DNA of 64,000 nt from a virus (Duplodnaviria > Caudoviricetes): positions 1-64,000 of IMG/VR virus record IMGVR_UViG_2508501066_000002. One strand, given 5' to 3'. The translations under genes and the position numbers were made by a program. The notes beneath the pieces are model-generated. The model had not been told where the DNA came from. It ran no database searches and saw only the letters and a program-made list of their open reading frames with translations. This document shows, one piece after another, positions 17,608 to 27,982 of this stretch. Positions within the stretch are counted from its first letter, which is position 1. The number at the start of each line of letters is the position of its first letter.

Positions 17608-20600
17608 CTATAGCCATCCAGTTCAAGCCGCCCTGAGCGAGCGCTGTGCCGCCTGCGAGGGTCCAGTCCACAGTATCTACATAGAAATTGTTGTAGGCAT
17701 TGGTGTCGCTCACCTTGAGGCGTTTGCGGGTGATTCTGGCGTAGCGATTGCGCGTGTAGGCATACGCCTGAATGTTGCCATCCGTGAAGTACCCGCCCTC
17801 CGCGGTAACGGTAATTCGACTTGGATTGAACTGTCCGCTGTCCGTTACGGACGCTGCCGCGTAACTGGTTTCAGGAGCAGCCCAATAAGTACCGTGCGGG
17901 AAATATACTTTCGTTAGTTGTCTATTGCTGATACCCTGTCTCTTTCTCCATTCGTAATAATAGGTTACAGAATGCCAGCTCCAGCCGCTGGGGAGAGTAT
18001 AGCCAGACAAGGGGTGGGTTTCCGTAACGGTCTGTGGAAAGAAGACTCCGCCGTCTGGCGTTGATTCCTCATTGGAGCTAACTGGGGTCTGATCTGTTGC
18101 ATACTCATACTGCCCGCTGCCCGCGCCTATGTAGTAGGCGCCGCCGCTATTGCCGGCCGTGAATGCTACATAAATCCGGTCATACTTCCCGGCCGGCGAA
18201 ATAGCGATGTTGACCGAATCGGAGATCGTTGCATCGTGCTCGGCGGCCGCAATGTTTCGCGTCTTGACGCTGAGTTGGTCCCACTGCGTCGGATTAGAGG
18301 CGACCCGTCCGTAAACTCGCCACGTAACCGATCGATAGTAGTAATAGTTGGAATCGGTCCCGACCCCTTTGCGCGATCTGAATCGCACGCGCACGGTGAT
18401 CTGGGATGTGTTATTGAACAGACTGATCTGATTCGAATTCCAGGAGTCGTTATTAGTCTGAGCAACCGACTGATTGACGCCGGTCGATCCGACATTCGAG
18501 GCGAACGTCAATTGAGCAATCGCATCAAATTTCCAAACCCCGGACCCGGGCGGCTCCTCACGAATATTGGTCGCAGCAAACGACAATGTTTGATCCTGCT
18601 GAGCCGCCGTTTTGTTGTAGCACTGGAGCGAGTAGGGGCTCACCATGATCTTCGGCTGCGCGTTCCAATACCCCGGCAGCGTGACCGTCGTGCCTGAATT
18701 GGCCTGCCCGGTCTCGACTCTTTTGACCGATTTGTGCTCGTAGTAAACGCCATTCCGATAACGCTGAAACGATAGATCGCCATTGGTTAATACCGCAAAA
18801 TCCGGGTTATTCGGATCGGGGCCGGTGTCGTAGACGAAAATGGCGCCCTGACCGTCTAACGCAATTCGCCCGTTGTTGAGCGTAATGCGCTGATCCGCTG
18901 CGATATCGCCGCTTCTAAGCTGATTCGCGGAGACGTGCCCCATAATATAGACGTTCGACTGCATCACGACGGTCGGTTGATCCTCGATCTCGACAATCGC
19001 GAACGGGATGACATTCTCGTCTTCGCTCAATCGGACGACGAATGCCTCGGTGTTGAACACGAGCTTATTGCCCGTCTCTGTGTCGTCGAGCGCTTCCTGA
19101 ACCGCTTCGAGCGTTTCCTGCGGCGTCGGTAGGTTTAGGCTTGTTATCGTCGCCTGGTATTCGTTCGTGCCGAAGTCGAGCCCGTCTATACCGAAGGTAT
19201 CGTAAGCCGCTAGCCTGAAATAGTAGGTAACGTCCTCGGTTAGATTGGGGATGACGATCGTTCGGTCGCCACCTCGGTAAACCTCGTTAACGCCTGGCTG
19301 CGGCGTGAATCCCTGCGTCGTGTCCATGCAAACGAGTACCCCCTCGAAGTCCAAATCTGCCGGCCGGTCGTAGGTGATCACGACGCTTTTGACCCCGGCG
19401 TAAACCGATACCCCGGTTAGGGGGCCTGGGGCTGGGTTTGAGAGCGTGATTTCGGCTGGAGATTCACTCTCGCCGAGCGAGCTGTTTGCCCAAACCTTGA
19501 AGGTCAGTGTGCGCCAGGGGCCGCCATCCTTCTTCACGTCCTCTGCGGTGTATTCATAACGAGGAACCGGAACACTGACCGAACGTCTCAAGACGCCCGC
19601 CGCCCAGATCTCGACGGTGTAATATTCGGCGCGCGGAGCTTCGTTCCACTTGATTTTGGCCTTGGTGCCGACGAATGTTTCTTCTGCTGCCAATCCAGTG
19701 ACATTGCCAGGTGGTGGCACTTGTCCCGCAACACCATTCCAAGTGACCCAATTACCCTGGGTTAAACCAACCGGCGCGACTCGAAGCCACACCGGGCCGG
19801 GTTCAACCGGCACGCTCGTGCTGGTTGAACTCACATCGGGCTGTCGAAGCCAATTGGCGTTATCGCGCGATATCTCGACAACATAGTGATCGGCATTGAC
19901 TGCCGGGGACCAGGACACCAAAAGAATGGGGTTGGCGCTCGTACCGCCCTGCGTCACCGACAACGCGCCCAAGACCGGCTTGGTGTTGCGTTTTGGCAGT
20001 TGCCAATTGACCGGAGTCCCGACGACGTAGCCGTTTTCGGCGGTGTGAACGGAAATATTTTCGTTGATCGCCTCCACTTCGACCTCAGCATTGCCGCGCG
20101 GAACCAGGCGAGTCACAATCGCCTGCATATACACCAGCCCCGCAGGGCCAAAGCTGAAGTAGGTGCGTTCTTCGTCGTGTCCGGTATAAGGCGTAAAGCC
20201 CAGCGGCACGATCGGGTTCAAGGTCACTTTCTTGGGATCGCCGCCCAGATCCGGCGCGACCTTCCACGAACCGACCACCGACCCGTCGCGCTTGCGAAGG
20301 GCGATGAAGTGCTCGGCGTCGGGCTTGAAGGTGACGGGTTCGCTCAGAGTAAATGTGGTTCCGTCGAAGGCCAGAATTTCGCCCGACTCGCCCCATGACG
20401 GCATTTCGTGCGAAATGGCGATGAGATCGCCGAAAACCGGCAGGTGCCCTTCGAGCTCGGTTCTAAACGTAATCTTGCGTCGCCGGTAGCGATTATTGGC
20501 GGCGGTATATAAACCTTCGCGGCCCGCTTGCTTCTCTTCCGTGCAGCCGAACAGTTTGACAGACCAAGGCTTTTCGGCCGTCGAACCGGGCAGCTTCGCG

Positions 20601-22339
20601 CGATAGGTCTTGGGCTTCAAAGAATCACGATCAAAATACTCAACGTCGACCGCGTCCGCCGTGGTCTCGTTCGGCATAATGTATTCGACCTTGAGCGAAT
20701 CCTTGACGATGTTTCGCATGGTGAACATCGCGGTCGGGATCGTTTGCTGCCGATCGCGAATGAAGCGAATGACGCCGCCCTGACGAATGGGCACGGTGCG
20801 CCCGCAACGTCCCGTTACGGACAGCGCCTCCCACACGTTGATGCGAGAGTCAAACACGGCGTCGAAATAATCGCCACGCGCATTCAGCTCGACCGACAGT
20901 TGCTCCAGATCCTCCAACAAGAAACGATTGGTGGTGAGTCTGCCGCCATACTGCGCTTCGCAAATATCCCTTAGTGCCGAAGCGATCGATCGGGTCGCGA
21001 TGTTCGTCGCGGACCAGGTGCCGGTATTGGGGTCGTAAACTTTGAGTTTGCGTGTGACCTTGAGATTGACGCGACGGCTGGAGGTTTGCGACAGATTGTT
21101 TGTCGCTCGCATTTTCATGGCAAGCATGGTAACGTTGCCGTAATTGCGAGACCCCTCGACAAAACCACGCGCCCCGGTCCACATCACATCATGGCCGGCG
21201 CGCATCGAGGTGTCTTTTGCGTCGATGCGCTTGGCGCGAATCATGTAGCGCCCCGGCGTCGGGACGTTGAATCTGAAGGTTTTGCGAATCGGTGTATTGG
21301 TTGCGCCACTGATGTTGGCAGTCGTTCCGCCAACCCAATCGCCGATGCGCTGACCGGCGTCGTTTGCCAAAGCCACTTCAAAGACAACCGAAACGCTTTT
21401 TCCCTCCGGCTCGCCCTCGTCATTCATATAGAACAGACCCTTGGGGCAAACCAGATCAACCGCGATCGAGGAGATCGAAGTGCCTGCCGAATTTGCCAGA
21501 AAGCCCTCGCTTGACGGCACGTATTGATTTGTCAAAAGCTCCTGACCCGACACCTCGTCGATCGTCTCGACGTTGGTCGGGAACATCGTGACCGTTTGAT
21601 TGGGTCCGTAAATCTCATACGTGATTTCGGAGAAATTCGAAATCGGGGTGTCTTCGATGCGAATTTGAGCCGGATCGATCTCGTATTCGCCCTGCCCGAT
21701 GCAGAAAAGCTGATAGAGATACTGTTCATTACCGGCAAATTCGGTATAAGGATCTGCCGCAAAATCGGGATAGATGCGGTGCTCGCCGTAAATAACCGGG
21801 ATCGGCTGACCAATACGCGCCTGATTGCCCTGTGCGCTAATGCTATAAACCGAACTCGGCGCCGCCATCTGTTTTTGACTGAGCGACGAAGGCGCTTTGG
21901 GCTGCGGAATCACCATATTGATCAAAGCAGAGCCCGCCGCCATCACGACGCCACCCGCGACGCCACCTATGACGCCCGCTGCGGTCGCAGAATATCCCGC
22001 CGCAGTCGCCGCAGCGCCCACATAAGCGCCGACGCCATACGTGACGACGGTTAAAACGATCATCGCCAGAATCATGAAGGGGTTCGAGCCACGACCGCCT
22101 TGCAGAACGGTCATGAAACCGACCACATCGCCATCCCCGACGATTTCGGTGTCCCAGCGATTGTCGGCTCTTAGAATGATCTCGCCGTTCTTGACGCAGA
22201 TCGTCGGAAGATTGAATACCAGCCCTTCCTGGGCGATGATCTGATTGATCGTCAGGCTCTCGGTGAGCTCAAGCTCGCGAATATCGCGGTCAATGTAGGG
22301 CTGAAGTGGGTTTTTAACGTGAACGACAACGGCTTTCAC
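17600..22339 (-). CDS. tail tip / host-specificity protein (gpI-gpJ-like fusion)
   Basis: ~1580 aa; GNQARIGQPIPVIYG, FN3 repeats, position after tail K/L genes. Confidence 0.9.
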   Translation of the reverse strand: MKAVVVHVKNPLQPYIDRDIRELELTESLTINQIIAQEGLVFNLPTICVKNGEIILRADNRWDTEIVGDGDVVGFMTVLQGGRGSNPFMILAMIVLTVVTYGVGAYVGAAATAAGYSATAAGVIGGVAGGVVMAAGSALINMVIPQPKAPSSLSQKQMAAPSSVYSISAQGNQARIGQPIPVIYGEHRIYPDFAADPYTEFAGNEQYLYQLFCIGQGEYEIDPAQIRIEDTPISNFSEITYEIYGPNQTVTMFPTNVETIDEVSGQELLTNQYVPSSEGFLANSAGTSISSIAVDLVCPKGLFYMNDEGEPEGKSVSVVFEVALANDAGQRIGDWVGGTTANISGATNTPIRKTFRFNVPTPGRYMIRAKRIDAKDTSMRAGHDVMWTGARGFVEGSRNYGNVTMLAMKMRATNNLSQTSSRRVNLKVTRKLKVYDPNTGTWSATNIATRSIASALRDICEAQYGGRLTTNRFLLEDLEQLSVELNARGDYFDAVFDSRINVWEALSVTGRCGRTVPIRQGGVIRFIRDRQQTIPTAMFTMRNIVKDSLKVEYIMPNETTADAVDVEYFDRDSLKPKTYRAKLPGSTAEKPWSVKLFGCTEEKQAGREGLYTAANNRYRRRKITFRTELEGHLPVFGDLIAISHEMPSWGESGEILAFDGTTFTLSEPVTFKPDAEHFIALRKRDGSVVGSWKVAPDLGGDPKKVTLNPIVPLGFTPYTGHDEERTYFSFGPAGLVYMQAIVTRLVPRGNAEVEVEAINENISVHTAENGYVVGTPVNWQLPKRNTKPVLGALSVTQGGTSANPILLVSWSPAVNADHYVVEISRDNANWLRQPDVSSTSTSVPVEPGPVWLRVAPVGLTQGNWVTWNGVAGQVPPPGNVTGLAAEETFVGTKAKIKWNEAPRAEYYTVEIWAAGVLRRSVSVPVPRYEYTAEDVKKDGGPWRTLTFKVWANSSLGESESPAEITLSNPAPGPLTGVSVYAGVKSVVITYDRPADLDFEGVLVCMDTTQGFTPQPGVNEVYRGGDRTIVIPNLTEDVTYYFRLAAYDTFGIDGLDFGTNEYQATITSLNLPTPQETLEAVQEALDDTETGNKLVFNTEAFVVRLSEDENVIPFAIVEIEDQPTVVMQSNVYIMGHVSANQLRSGDIAADQRITLNNGRIALDGQGAIFVYDTGPDPNNPDFAVLTNGDLSFQRYRNGVYYEHKSVKRVETGQANSGTTVTLPGYWNAQPKIMVSPYSLQCYNKTAAQQDQTLSFAATNIREEPPGSGVWKFDAIAQLTFASNVGSTGVNQSVAQTNNDSWNSNQISLFNNTSQITVRVRFRSRKGVGTDSNYYYYRSVTWRVYGRVASNPTQWDQLSVKTRNIAAAEHDATISDSVNIAISPAGKYDRIYVAFTAGNSGGAYYIGAGSGQYEYATDQTPVSSNEESTPDGGVFFPQTVTETHPLSGYTLPSGWSWHSVTYYYEWRKRQGISNRQLTKVYFPHGTYWAAPETSYAAASVTDSGQFNPSRITVTAEGGYFTDGNIQAYAYTRNRYARITRKRLKVSDTNAYNNFYVDTVDWTLAGGTALAQGGLNWMAIGD

Positions 22340-22758
22340 AGTTCGTCTCGGTGTCGATAAAACTCGATGCGGCCCCAGCCGGAATTTCGAAGCGACTGAC
22401 GGTCGGAAAAGACAACTCCCATGCCGTAGACGCAATGCAGCACGCCGCCTCGATTCGCCTCAATCCACATGCCGATATGCGAGGGAAATCGCGCGTGCGC
22501 CATTTCGACCAGATCGCCCTCTTTCGGATGGCGAAAATCGACGTCGCCCATGTAAACCCAGTTGGCCCGTTCCGGGCTGTCTCTGAACGCACGACCAACG
22601 GCGAGAATGTCGTTGGCGTCGACATTCACCAGCGGCAATTCGCGGCCAAAGCGCTCCTTCTGAAGATGACGAACCAGAGTGAAGCAGTCATAGGCATCCG
22701 GCCCCATCGCGCCGGACTCCCAGCGTTTGCCAATATATGATCCCGCCCAATGCGTCAT
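22336..22758 (-). CDS. NlpC/P60 tail assembly protein (gpK-like)
   Basis: YIGKRW..G.MGPDAYDCF...SHIGMW...VLHC. Confidence 0.88.
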   Translation of the reverse strand: MTHWAGSYIGKRWESGAMGPDAYDCFTLVRHLQKERFGRELPLVNVDANDILAVGRAFRDSPERANWVYMGDVDFRHPKEGDLVEMAHARFPSHIGMWIEANRGGVLHCVYGMGVVFSDRQSLRNSGWGRIEFYRHRDEL

Positions 22759-23312
22759 CCGAGTCCAGGGAAACGTTCGAGGGTGTAGTCTTCGCTCGGG
22801 AACGGCATGTTGGCGAAATCGCCATAGCCACACCGAGCCGTCACTTTGTATACGTCAGCGGTGACTGAATTTACGTTCAAATGAATCGGCGGATTCATGT
22901 GCGGCCCATTGAGACGGCCCGACTCGTCCACGTCGTTCGACAGAAACGGGCGATAGGTCACTTCGATCGTGTGGGGGCTTTCCGAGGCGAGTTCCAGATT
23001 GTCGCTAATGAGTTTCGAGACGTTGTCCATCGAAATCACGATCTCGGGATTGGCCCCTTTCTCGATCGGCGCCAATTGAATGTCGAAGAACATCTTGACG
23101 AAGGTGACGTATTGGCCAGCATCAAGCGGCGCATCGGCTTCGAGCTTCGCCGTCCAATCGCGGTTGTCGAGCACGACGCGAATGGCGGTCGGGTTGCCGT
23201 TTTCGTCAATGAAGTCGGGATGGCGAAACTCCAGCGTATCGAGCCGAACCACGTCGACCGGGCAAGCGGCGTAGGCTTCCTTGATGGCCTGTGAAAGAAG
23301 GGAGTTGGGCAT
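22755..23312 (-). CDS. minor tail protein (DUF1833/gpL-like)
   Basis: AIKEAYA..P...LDTLEFRHP...FP.EDYT.ERFPGL. Confidence 0.85.
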   Translation of the reverse strand: MPNSLLSQAIKEAYAACPVDVVRLDTLEFRHPDFIDENGNPTAIRVVLDNRDWTAKLEADAPLDAGQYVTFVKMFFDIQLAPIEKGANPEIVISMDNVSKLISDNLELASESPHTIEVTYRPFLSNDVDESGRLNGPHMNPPIHLNVNSVTADVYKVTARCGYGDFANMPFPSEDYTLERFPGLG

Positions 23313-23349
23313 AGGGCAATATTAAGTCACGACTAATTTATTATATCGG

Positions 23350-23733
23350 CTAAGTCGGAAGCTGTCTAGCCTCGACTTCCAGTCTCGCCTTTACCACCCA
23401 TCCTCGTCCTTTTGCGACCGATACGGCCTCGGGCGGCTCGTTGGCATCGAACCGCGCCGTATAGGTCTTCTCGCCGACACCATTGACCAATTTGATCTCA
23501 AACCATCGTTCACCGTGCAAAAGATCCTGTTCCCAGAACTTTTCAAAGATGCCGAACTGCTCCAGCGTGAAGTCGAACCGCACGTTGATCATGCTCGGCA
23601 CTTGGGTGTAGCGCCGTCGTTGACGCGCCGGCCCCGACTCCATCTCGGTGCGAATGACCGCCTTGCCGAACTTGATGGAGTAATCGGTCATGGTAGGGTT
23701 TGGAAGTGTCGAAGGCCAAACGGGTGTAGTCAC
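23350..23733 (-). CDS. distal tail protein
   Basis: WPSTLP...IRTEMESGPARQRRR, directly after tape measure. Confidence 0.8.
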   Translation of the reverse strand: MTTPVWPSTLPNPTMTDYSIKFGKAVIRTEMESGPARQRRRYTQVPSMINVRFDFTLEQFGIFEKFWEQDLLHGERWFEIKLVNGVGEKTYTARFDANEPPEAVSVAKGRGWVVKARLEVEARQLPT

Positions 23734-23751
23734 GATTTACCTCTTCTTCAC

Positions 23752-23789
23752 GAAAGGCCCCGTCCCTTCAGGGCGGGGGAGGATGTCAA
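23752..23789 (+). mobile_element. solo IS605-type right end
   Basis: GAAAGGCCCCGTCCCTTCAGGGCGGGGGAGGATGTCAA hairpin ending TCAA, between TMP and distal tail genes. Confidence 0.65.
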
Positions 23790-23790
23790 C

Positions 23791-26700
23791 TTAATAACGT
23801 CCGCCGGTGCGGTTAAGCCCATAAGTGGATTCCATCGCGCTCGGGAGCGCCCCGGACCCCGAAGCGATATTGCCTGCCAGGCGATGCTCGATCTGCTCGA
23901 TCATGATGTCGATTTGAAAATCGCCATTCTGGTTGGTTTGATGATTCACTCTGGAGCGCGTTCCGGGCGCTTCGTGAACGTTGATGATGACGTTCGCGAC
24001 ACTGCCGCCGCCCAGAGTCTCGATCGGCTCTTTCAGGGTCACCGGGATCGAGCGGCCGTCCGGCAGGGGCACGAACGCCTCGGGCATCGAGCCCTCGCCA
24101 AACAGGGCGAGTTGCGGCGAGTAGGCGATGCCGCCCCGCGCGTATTTTCTGAGCTCCACTTCGCCCGCACTCGTCATAATGCCGCCGTTTGCAAGCGAAG
24201 CGCCGGGGTACAGAATGCCCGCGACACCGCCGCCCATATCGGGCGCGGTCGGGTTGACGCCCGTGAAGCCGCCGCTGAACAGATTGCCGAAGAAATCGTC
24301 CATGTTGTTCGTCAGCCACTTCACGAGCGGGCTCAATTTCTCCTGCATCTGAAGTCGCATCAAATCCTTGATGATCGAGTTGACGAGATCGGTGAAGTTG
24401 GCCTTGCCGGTCGTCACGAAATCGGCGAGACGCGAAGCCGTGTCTTCGAGCCAGCCCGCGGCCGCCTCCTTCATTCGGGAGGTCATATCGCCCCAGCGAT
24501 CCGCAAGTTCGAGCAGCGGCCGGTTCGAGATTTCGGCGATGCGCTTCAGTTCCGCCTCCTGCCAGTCATGAAATTGCTCCATGAATTCCTTCTTCTTCTC
24601 GTCCGAGAATCGCTGCTTGTACTCCTGACTATCCAAAAAGCGCTGAAACTCGACGAGCTGTTCCTGATACTCGGCTTTGACGATCTCGGTTTCGTTGATC
24701 AGCAGCGCCTTGCGAGCTTCAATCGCCTTCTGCCGCATGTTGGTAATCTTGTCTTCGGCGAACTCGGCGTTTTCAATGCGTCTTTGCTCGTCAAACAAGG
24801 ACTGATAGCGCCCCACCGCCTGTTTGAACGCTTCGACGCGCTCGGCGCTGTGCTTGGTCGGATCTCCGAAATCGCCCTGTGCAAGCCGCGCAAACAGATT
24901 CATTTCCTTGTTGGTTTGATGAAGCTGTTCTTCGAGCTGACGCGAGGCGTTATTGAGCCGATCGATCTCGTCCTGCAGCTTGTTGTCGGCGGAAAGCTGC
25001 TCGATCTCATTGCCCAAGGCGCGAATCTGATTCTTGTAAAGCTCAGGAATATCCTTGCGAGCCGCGAGATTCTTGATTTTTTGATCGAGCCCGTCCAAGA
25101 ACCCTATGCTGCCGCGCTGTTCGAGCTGGGCGCGAAGCTGGGCGGCTTTCTCCTTGAGCTGATCGAGCAGCGTGATGTAGGCGGGGGTGGGTATTTTGTC
25201 CTTCTTGTTCTCGCCCGACTTCTTGCCCGACATAAGAATTTCGTCGGGGTTGTCGTAATTCCGCAAAATTTCGGCACGACGCTCCTTGAACTCCATCAAG
25301 GTCTTATTGAGCGCGGCAAGCTGGGCCTGAATAATTTCCCGGTCTTCGCCGGTCTTCGATGCGAGGGCGCTTTCAAGACGCCCGCGCTGAGTTTCGAGCA
25401 TTTGAATGTTGGCATCCATGACCTCGTTCATGGCGTTGCGTAGATCGCCGCGCAATTTAGTGGCAAGTTTTACATTGCCATCCTTTTCGGCGGCCGTGAT
25501 CTCGTCGAACAGCTTTTCCCGTTTGCTGCGATAGATCGACGAGATGCCGTCCAGCTCTTTGTCGAGCAGGGTTCGAAATTCCGCGAGCTCCTGATCGATC
25601 TTGTTGTTTTTGACGACGCTCTTGCTGATGGAGAGATTGAATTCGGCGTTTTCAATCTCGTCCTGAAGCGCATCTGCTTCCTTCTTGAGCGTTTCAATCT
25701 CTTTTGTGAGTTTTTCCCTTTTTCCGATGTTCAGATAGGTGCGATTCGCGGGCTTTTCGAGCTCGGCCAATCTCGATTGTTTGGACGCAAGCTGACCCAT
25801 GAGACTATCCAACGTCTTGATGCGCTCCCTAAGCCCGGCTTCCGCCTCTTCGACTTCTTCCTGAGTTTGCAGCTTCCCTTTGCTCTTTGCGATGCGATCA
25901 TAAGCCTTAGAGCCCGCTTCGCCAAACGCCCACCACGCCGCCGCAGCGGTGCCAAGCAGAGTGATCAGCCCGCCGATGGGCCCGGACAGGGCTCGAATCC
26001 CAAGGCCCAGAACGCGCAAGGCGCCGCCAAGACGCCCCAGCGAAGCAGCCGCAGCCCCCGCCATGCCGCCGAGCAGTCCCAGACCCGATGCGGAGATCGA
26101 GCGACCGAGTGCTACCATCAAGACGCCGAGCATACGCACTTCGCGACTCAGGCCGACCAGAGCGGCACGAACCAACGATGTGCCCTTCCAGGCCAACATG
26201 AAGAGCCCGACGGCCTTGGTCGTCGCCAGCACCTCTTCGCGATGCTTGATCGTCCAGCCGATCAGATCCTTGACGTCCGCAACGATCTCGACCAAAGCTT
26301 CACCGAGATCGCGCGCGAACGCCTTGGTATCTGCGCTTTCCAAAAGCTGAATGAGCTCCTGAAGACTTTGTTTGGCGAGCGCAAAATAACCATTTTGATC
26401 GTTCTGACCGCCGACGTTGTTCAAGAATTGCATCCAGGCGGTCTTGAGTCGCCCGATCAGGCCATCCCAAGTCTGCATCATGCGATTGCCGGAGCCCGCG
26501 AACGACAGCTCCATCTGGTCCATCATGCGCTGAATGGCGGGCCGCGCATCGACCATGCCCTTTGAGATTTGCTCGACCAATTTGGCGACGGTCATCTGCG
26601 TGCCGGTCGCCATGAGTTGAATCGCGCTCGGTACAGCTTCGCCGAGCTGTTGTCTCAGCTCTTCCATTGAGACGACGCCCTTCGACGCCATCTGCTGAAT

Positions 26701-27231
26701 GGCGATCGTCGCGCGGTGAAGAATCTCGTCTGTACCGCCGAAATTGGCGATGGCGTCCGTCAGAATCTTGACTTGACGAATAGGATTCTCGATGTTAACG
26801 GAAGAGAATTTGACGAACGAGTTCGTCATCTCCTGCATCGAGAAAGGCGCTTCCTTGGACAGATCGATCAACGCCCTGACGTTCGCCTGCGCTTCTTTGA
26901 GACGATCGGCGTCGGTCGCGGCGTGCGACATGCCTTTCAAAAGCTGCGTCATGCGCTCGATCTGGGCGTTGGCGCCGATGATGCCGGACTGCCAATCCCA
27001 AATGGTCGCTCTGAGACCGTGAAAGACGGTCTTTACCGACATGCCGATGATGGCAAGATCGCGCATCTTGCCGAACAGTTTGTTGAACGAGACCTCGGCG
27101 GCCCTGACGGTACGATCTGCCCCGCCGACTTCGCGCGTGAACTGACGAATGACGTTGCCGGCATTCCTCATCTGCACGTTGAATCTCGTGCCATTAACCT
27201 CAAGCTCGATCGTCAGTGCGCCTAATGCCAT
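23791..27231 (-). CDS. tape measure protein
   Basis: 1146 aa, QMASKGVVSMEELRQQLGE tape-measure domain, long helical stretches. Confidence 0.95.
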   Translation of the reverse strand: MALGALTIELEVNGTRFNVQMRNAGNVIRQFTREVGGADRTVRAAEVSFNKLFGKMRDLAIIGMSVKTVFHGLRATIWDWQSGIIGANAQIERMTQLLKGMSHAATDADRLKEAQANVRALIDLSKEAPFSMQEMTNSFVKFSSVNIENPIRQVKILTDAIANFGGTDEILHRATIAIQQMASKGVVSMEELRQQLGEAVPSAIQLMATGTQMTVAKLVEQISKGMVDARPAIQRMMDQMELSFAGSGNRMMQTWDGLIGRLKTAWMQFLNNVGGQNDQNGYFALAKQSLQELIQLLESADTKAFARDLGEALVEIVADVKDLIGWTIKHREEVLATTKAVGLFMLAWKGTSLVRAALVGLSREVRMLGVLMVALGRSISASGLGLLGGMAGAAAASLGRLGGALRVLGLGIRALSGPIGGLITLLGTAAAAWWAFGEAGSKAYDRIAKSKGKLQTQEEVEEAEAGLRERIKTLDSLMGQLASKQSRLAELEKPANRTYLNIGKREKLTKEIETLKKEADALQDEIENAEFNLSISKSVVKNNKIDQELAEFRTLLDKELDGISSIYRSKREKLFDEITAAEKDGNVKLATKLRGDLRNAMNEVMDANIQMLETQRGRLESALASKTGEDREIIQAQLAALNKTLMEFKERRAEILRNYDNPDEILMSGKKSGENKKDKIPTPAYITLLDQLKEKAAQLRAQLEQRGSIGFLDGLDQKIKNLAARKDIPELYKNQIRALGNEIEQLSADNKLQDEIDRLNNASRQLEEQLHQTNKEMNLFARLAQGDFGDPTKHSAERVEAFKQAVGRYQSLFDEQRRIENAEFAEDKITNMRQKAIEARKALLINETEIVKAEYQEQLVEFQRFLDSQEYKQRFSDEKKKEFMEQFHDWQEAELKRIAEISNRPLLELADRWGDMTSRMKEAAAGWLEDTASRLADFVTTGKANFTDLVNSIIKDLMRLQMQEKLSPLVKWLTNNMDDFFGNLFSGGFTGVNPTAPDMGGGVAGILYPGASLANGGIMTSAGEVELRKYARGGIAYSPQLALFGEGSMPEAFVPLPDGRSIPVTLKEPIETLGGGSVANVIINVHEAPGTRSRVNHQTNQNGDFQIDIMIEQIEHRLAGNIASGSGALPSAMESTYGLNRTGGRY

Positions 27232-27256
27232 CGTGCCGCATTAACTCAGAAATGAC

Positions 27257-27903
27257 TTAACCTTGCAATTGTCGTAATCGTTCCAAACCTTCTCTGTCCA
27301 ACGTGTCGTAAATCACCGCGATCGTCCCGATCTGTTCCGTCAGCTTCGCCTCGTAATCTTTGCGATCTTCCGGCTTCGCCCTGGCCGCCAGTATCACCGT
27401 CAGAAGCCTCAAATCCCTCTGCGCCTCGATCCTTTGAATCATCCCGCTCAATAGCCAAAAGCGACGAAGCGGCATTTTTAAGACCTCTTCGTCGCTTAAA
27501 CGGTAAAACTCCATGACTCTGGCGAAGACGAAGCCAAAGTCGAGAAGCTTCAGGTCTTTTTTTTCGCGTCCTTACCGTCGTCTTCCGGTCCCTCTTCCAG
27601 CGCATCCCGCGCGAACTGCCAAATCGCCATGACTTGCTCCAGCGACAGCCCTTTCAAGGTCTCGTCAGTCATCGTCGGGAAGGCGTCCCGAATCTGGTTG
27701 ACAAACCACTCGATACGCTCCGCTTCGGTCTTCTTCTGAAAACGATCCTGTTCCTCCTGAGATTCGCCTCGCTTCAAGACCTCGATGAATTCGCCCACAC
27801 TGAAGTGACGCATCTCGTGCTCTTCGCCCTTGAGCCGAATGATCTTCCGAGGCGGCGCAATTTCGTCGAGATTGAGATATTTCGTCTGATTCGATTCGCT
27901 CAT
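27257..27903 (-). CDS. tail assembly chaperones G (27550-27903) and GT via -1 frameshift
   Basis: slippery GCG AAA AAA AAG just before the G stop; the -1 frame reads DLKLLDFGFVFARV into ORF 27257-27514. Confidence 0.85.
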
Positions 27904-27923
27904 AACAATGGTCCCAGGTAGTC

Positions 27924-27946
27924 AGCCCCGCATCGACTGCGGGGCT
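27924..27946. terminator. GC hairpin after major tail gene
   Basis: AGCCCCGCA-TCGAC-TGCGGGGCT. Confidence 0.5.
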
Positions 27947-27982
27947 TAGAATTGAATTACCAAAAAGTCACGAATGACTTAT

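Noticed and set aside
23515-25443. 642-aa plus-strand ORF (and similar long antisense ORFs at 27974, 34013, 39300)
   Set aside because: Shadow frames of GC-rich genes on the other strand; no motifs of their own
27550-27570. Frameshift as a novelty
   Set aside because: It is the standard tail chaperone G/GT -1 frameshift
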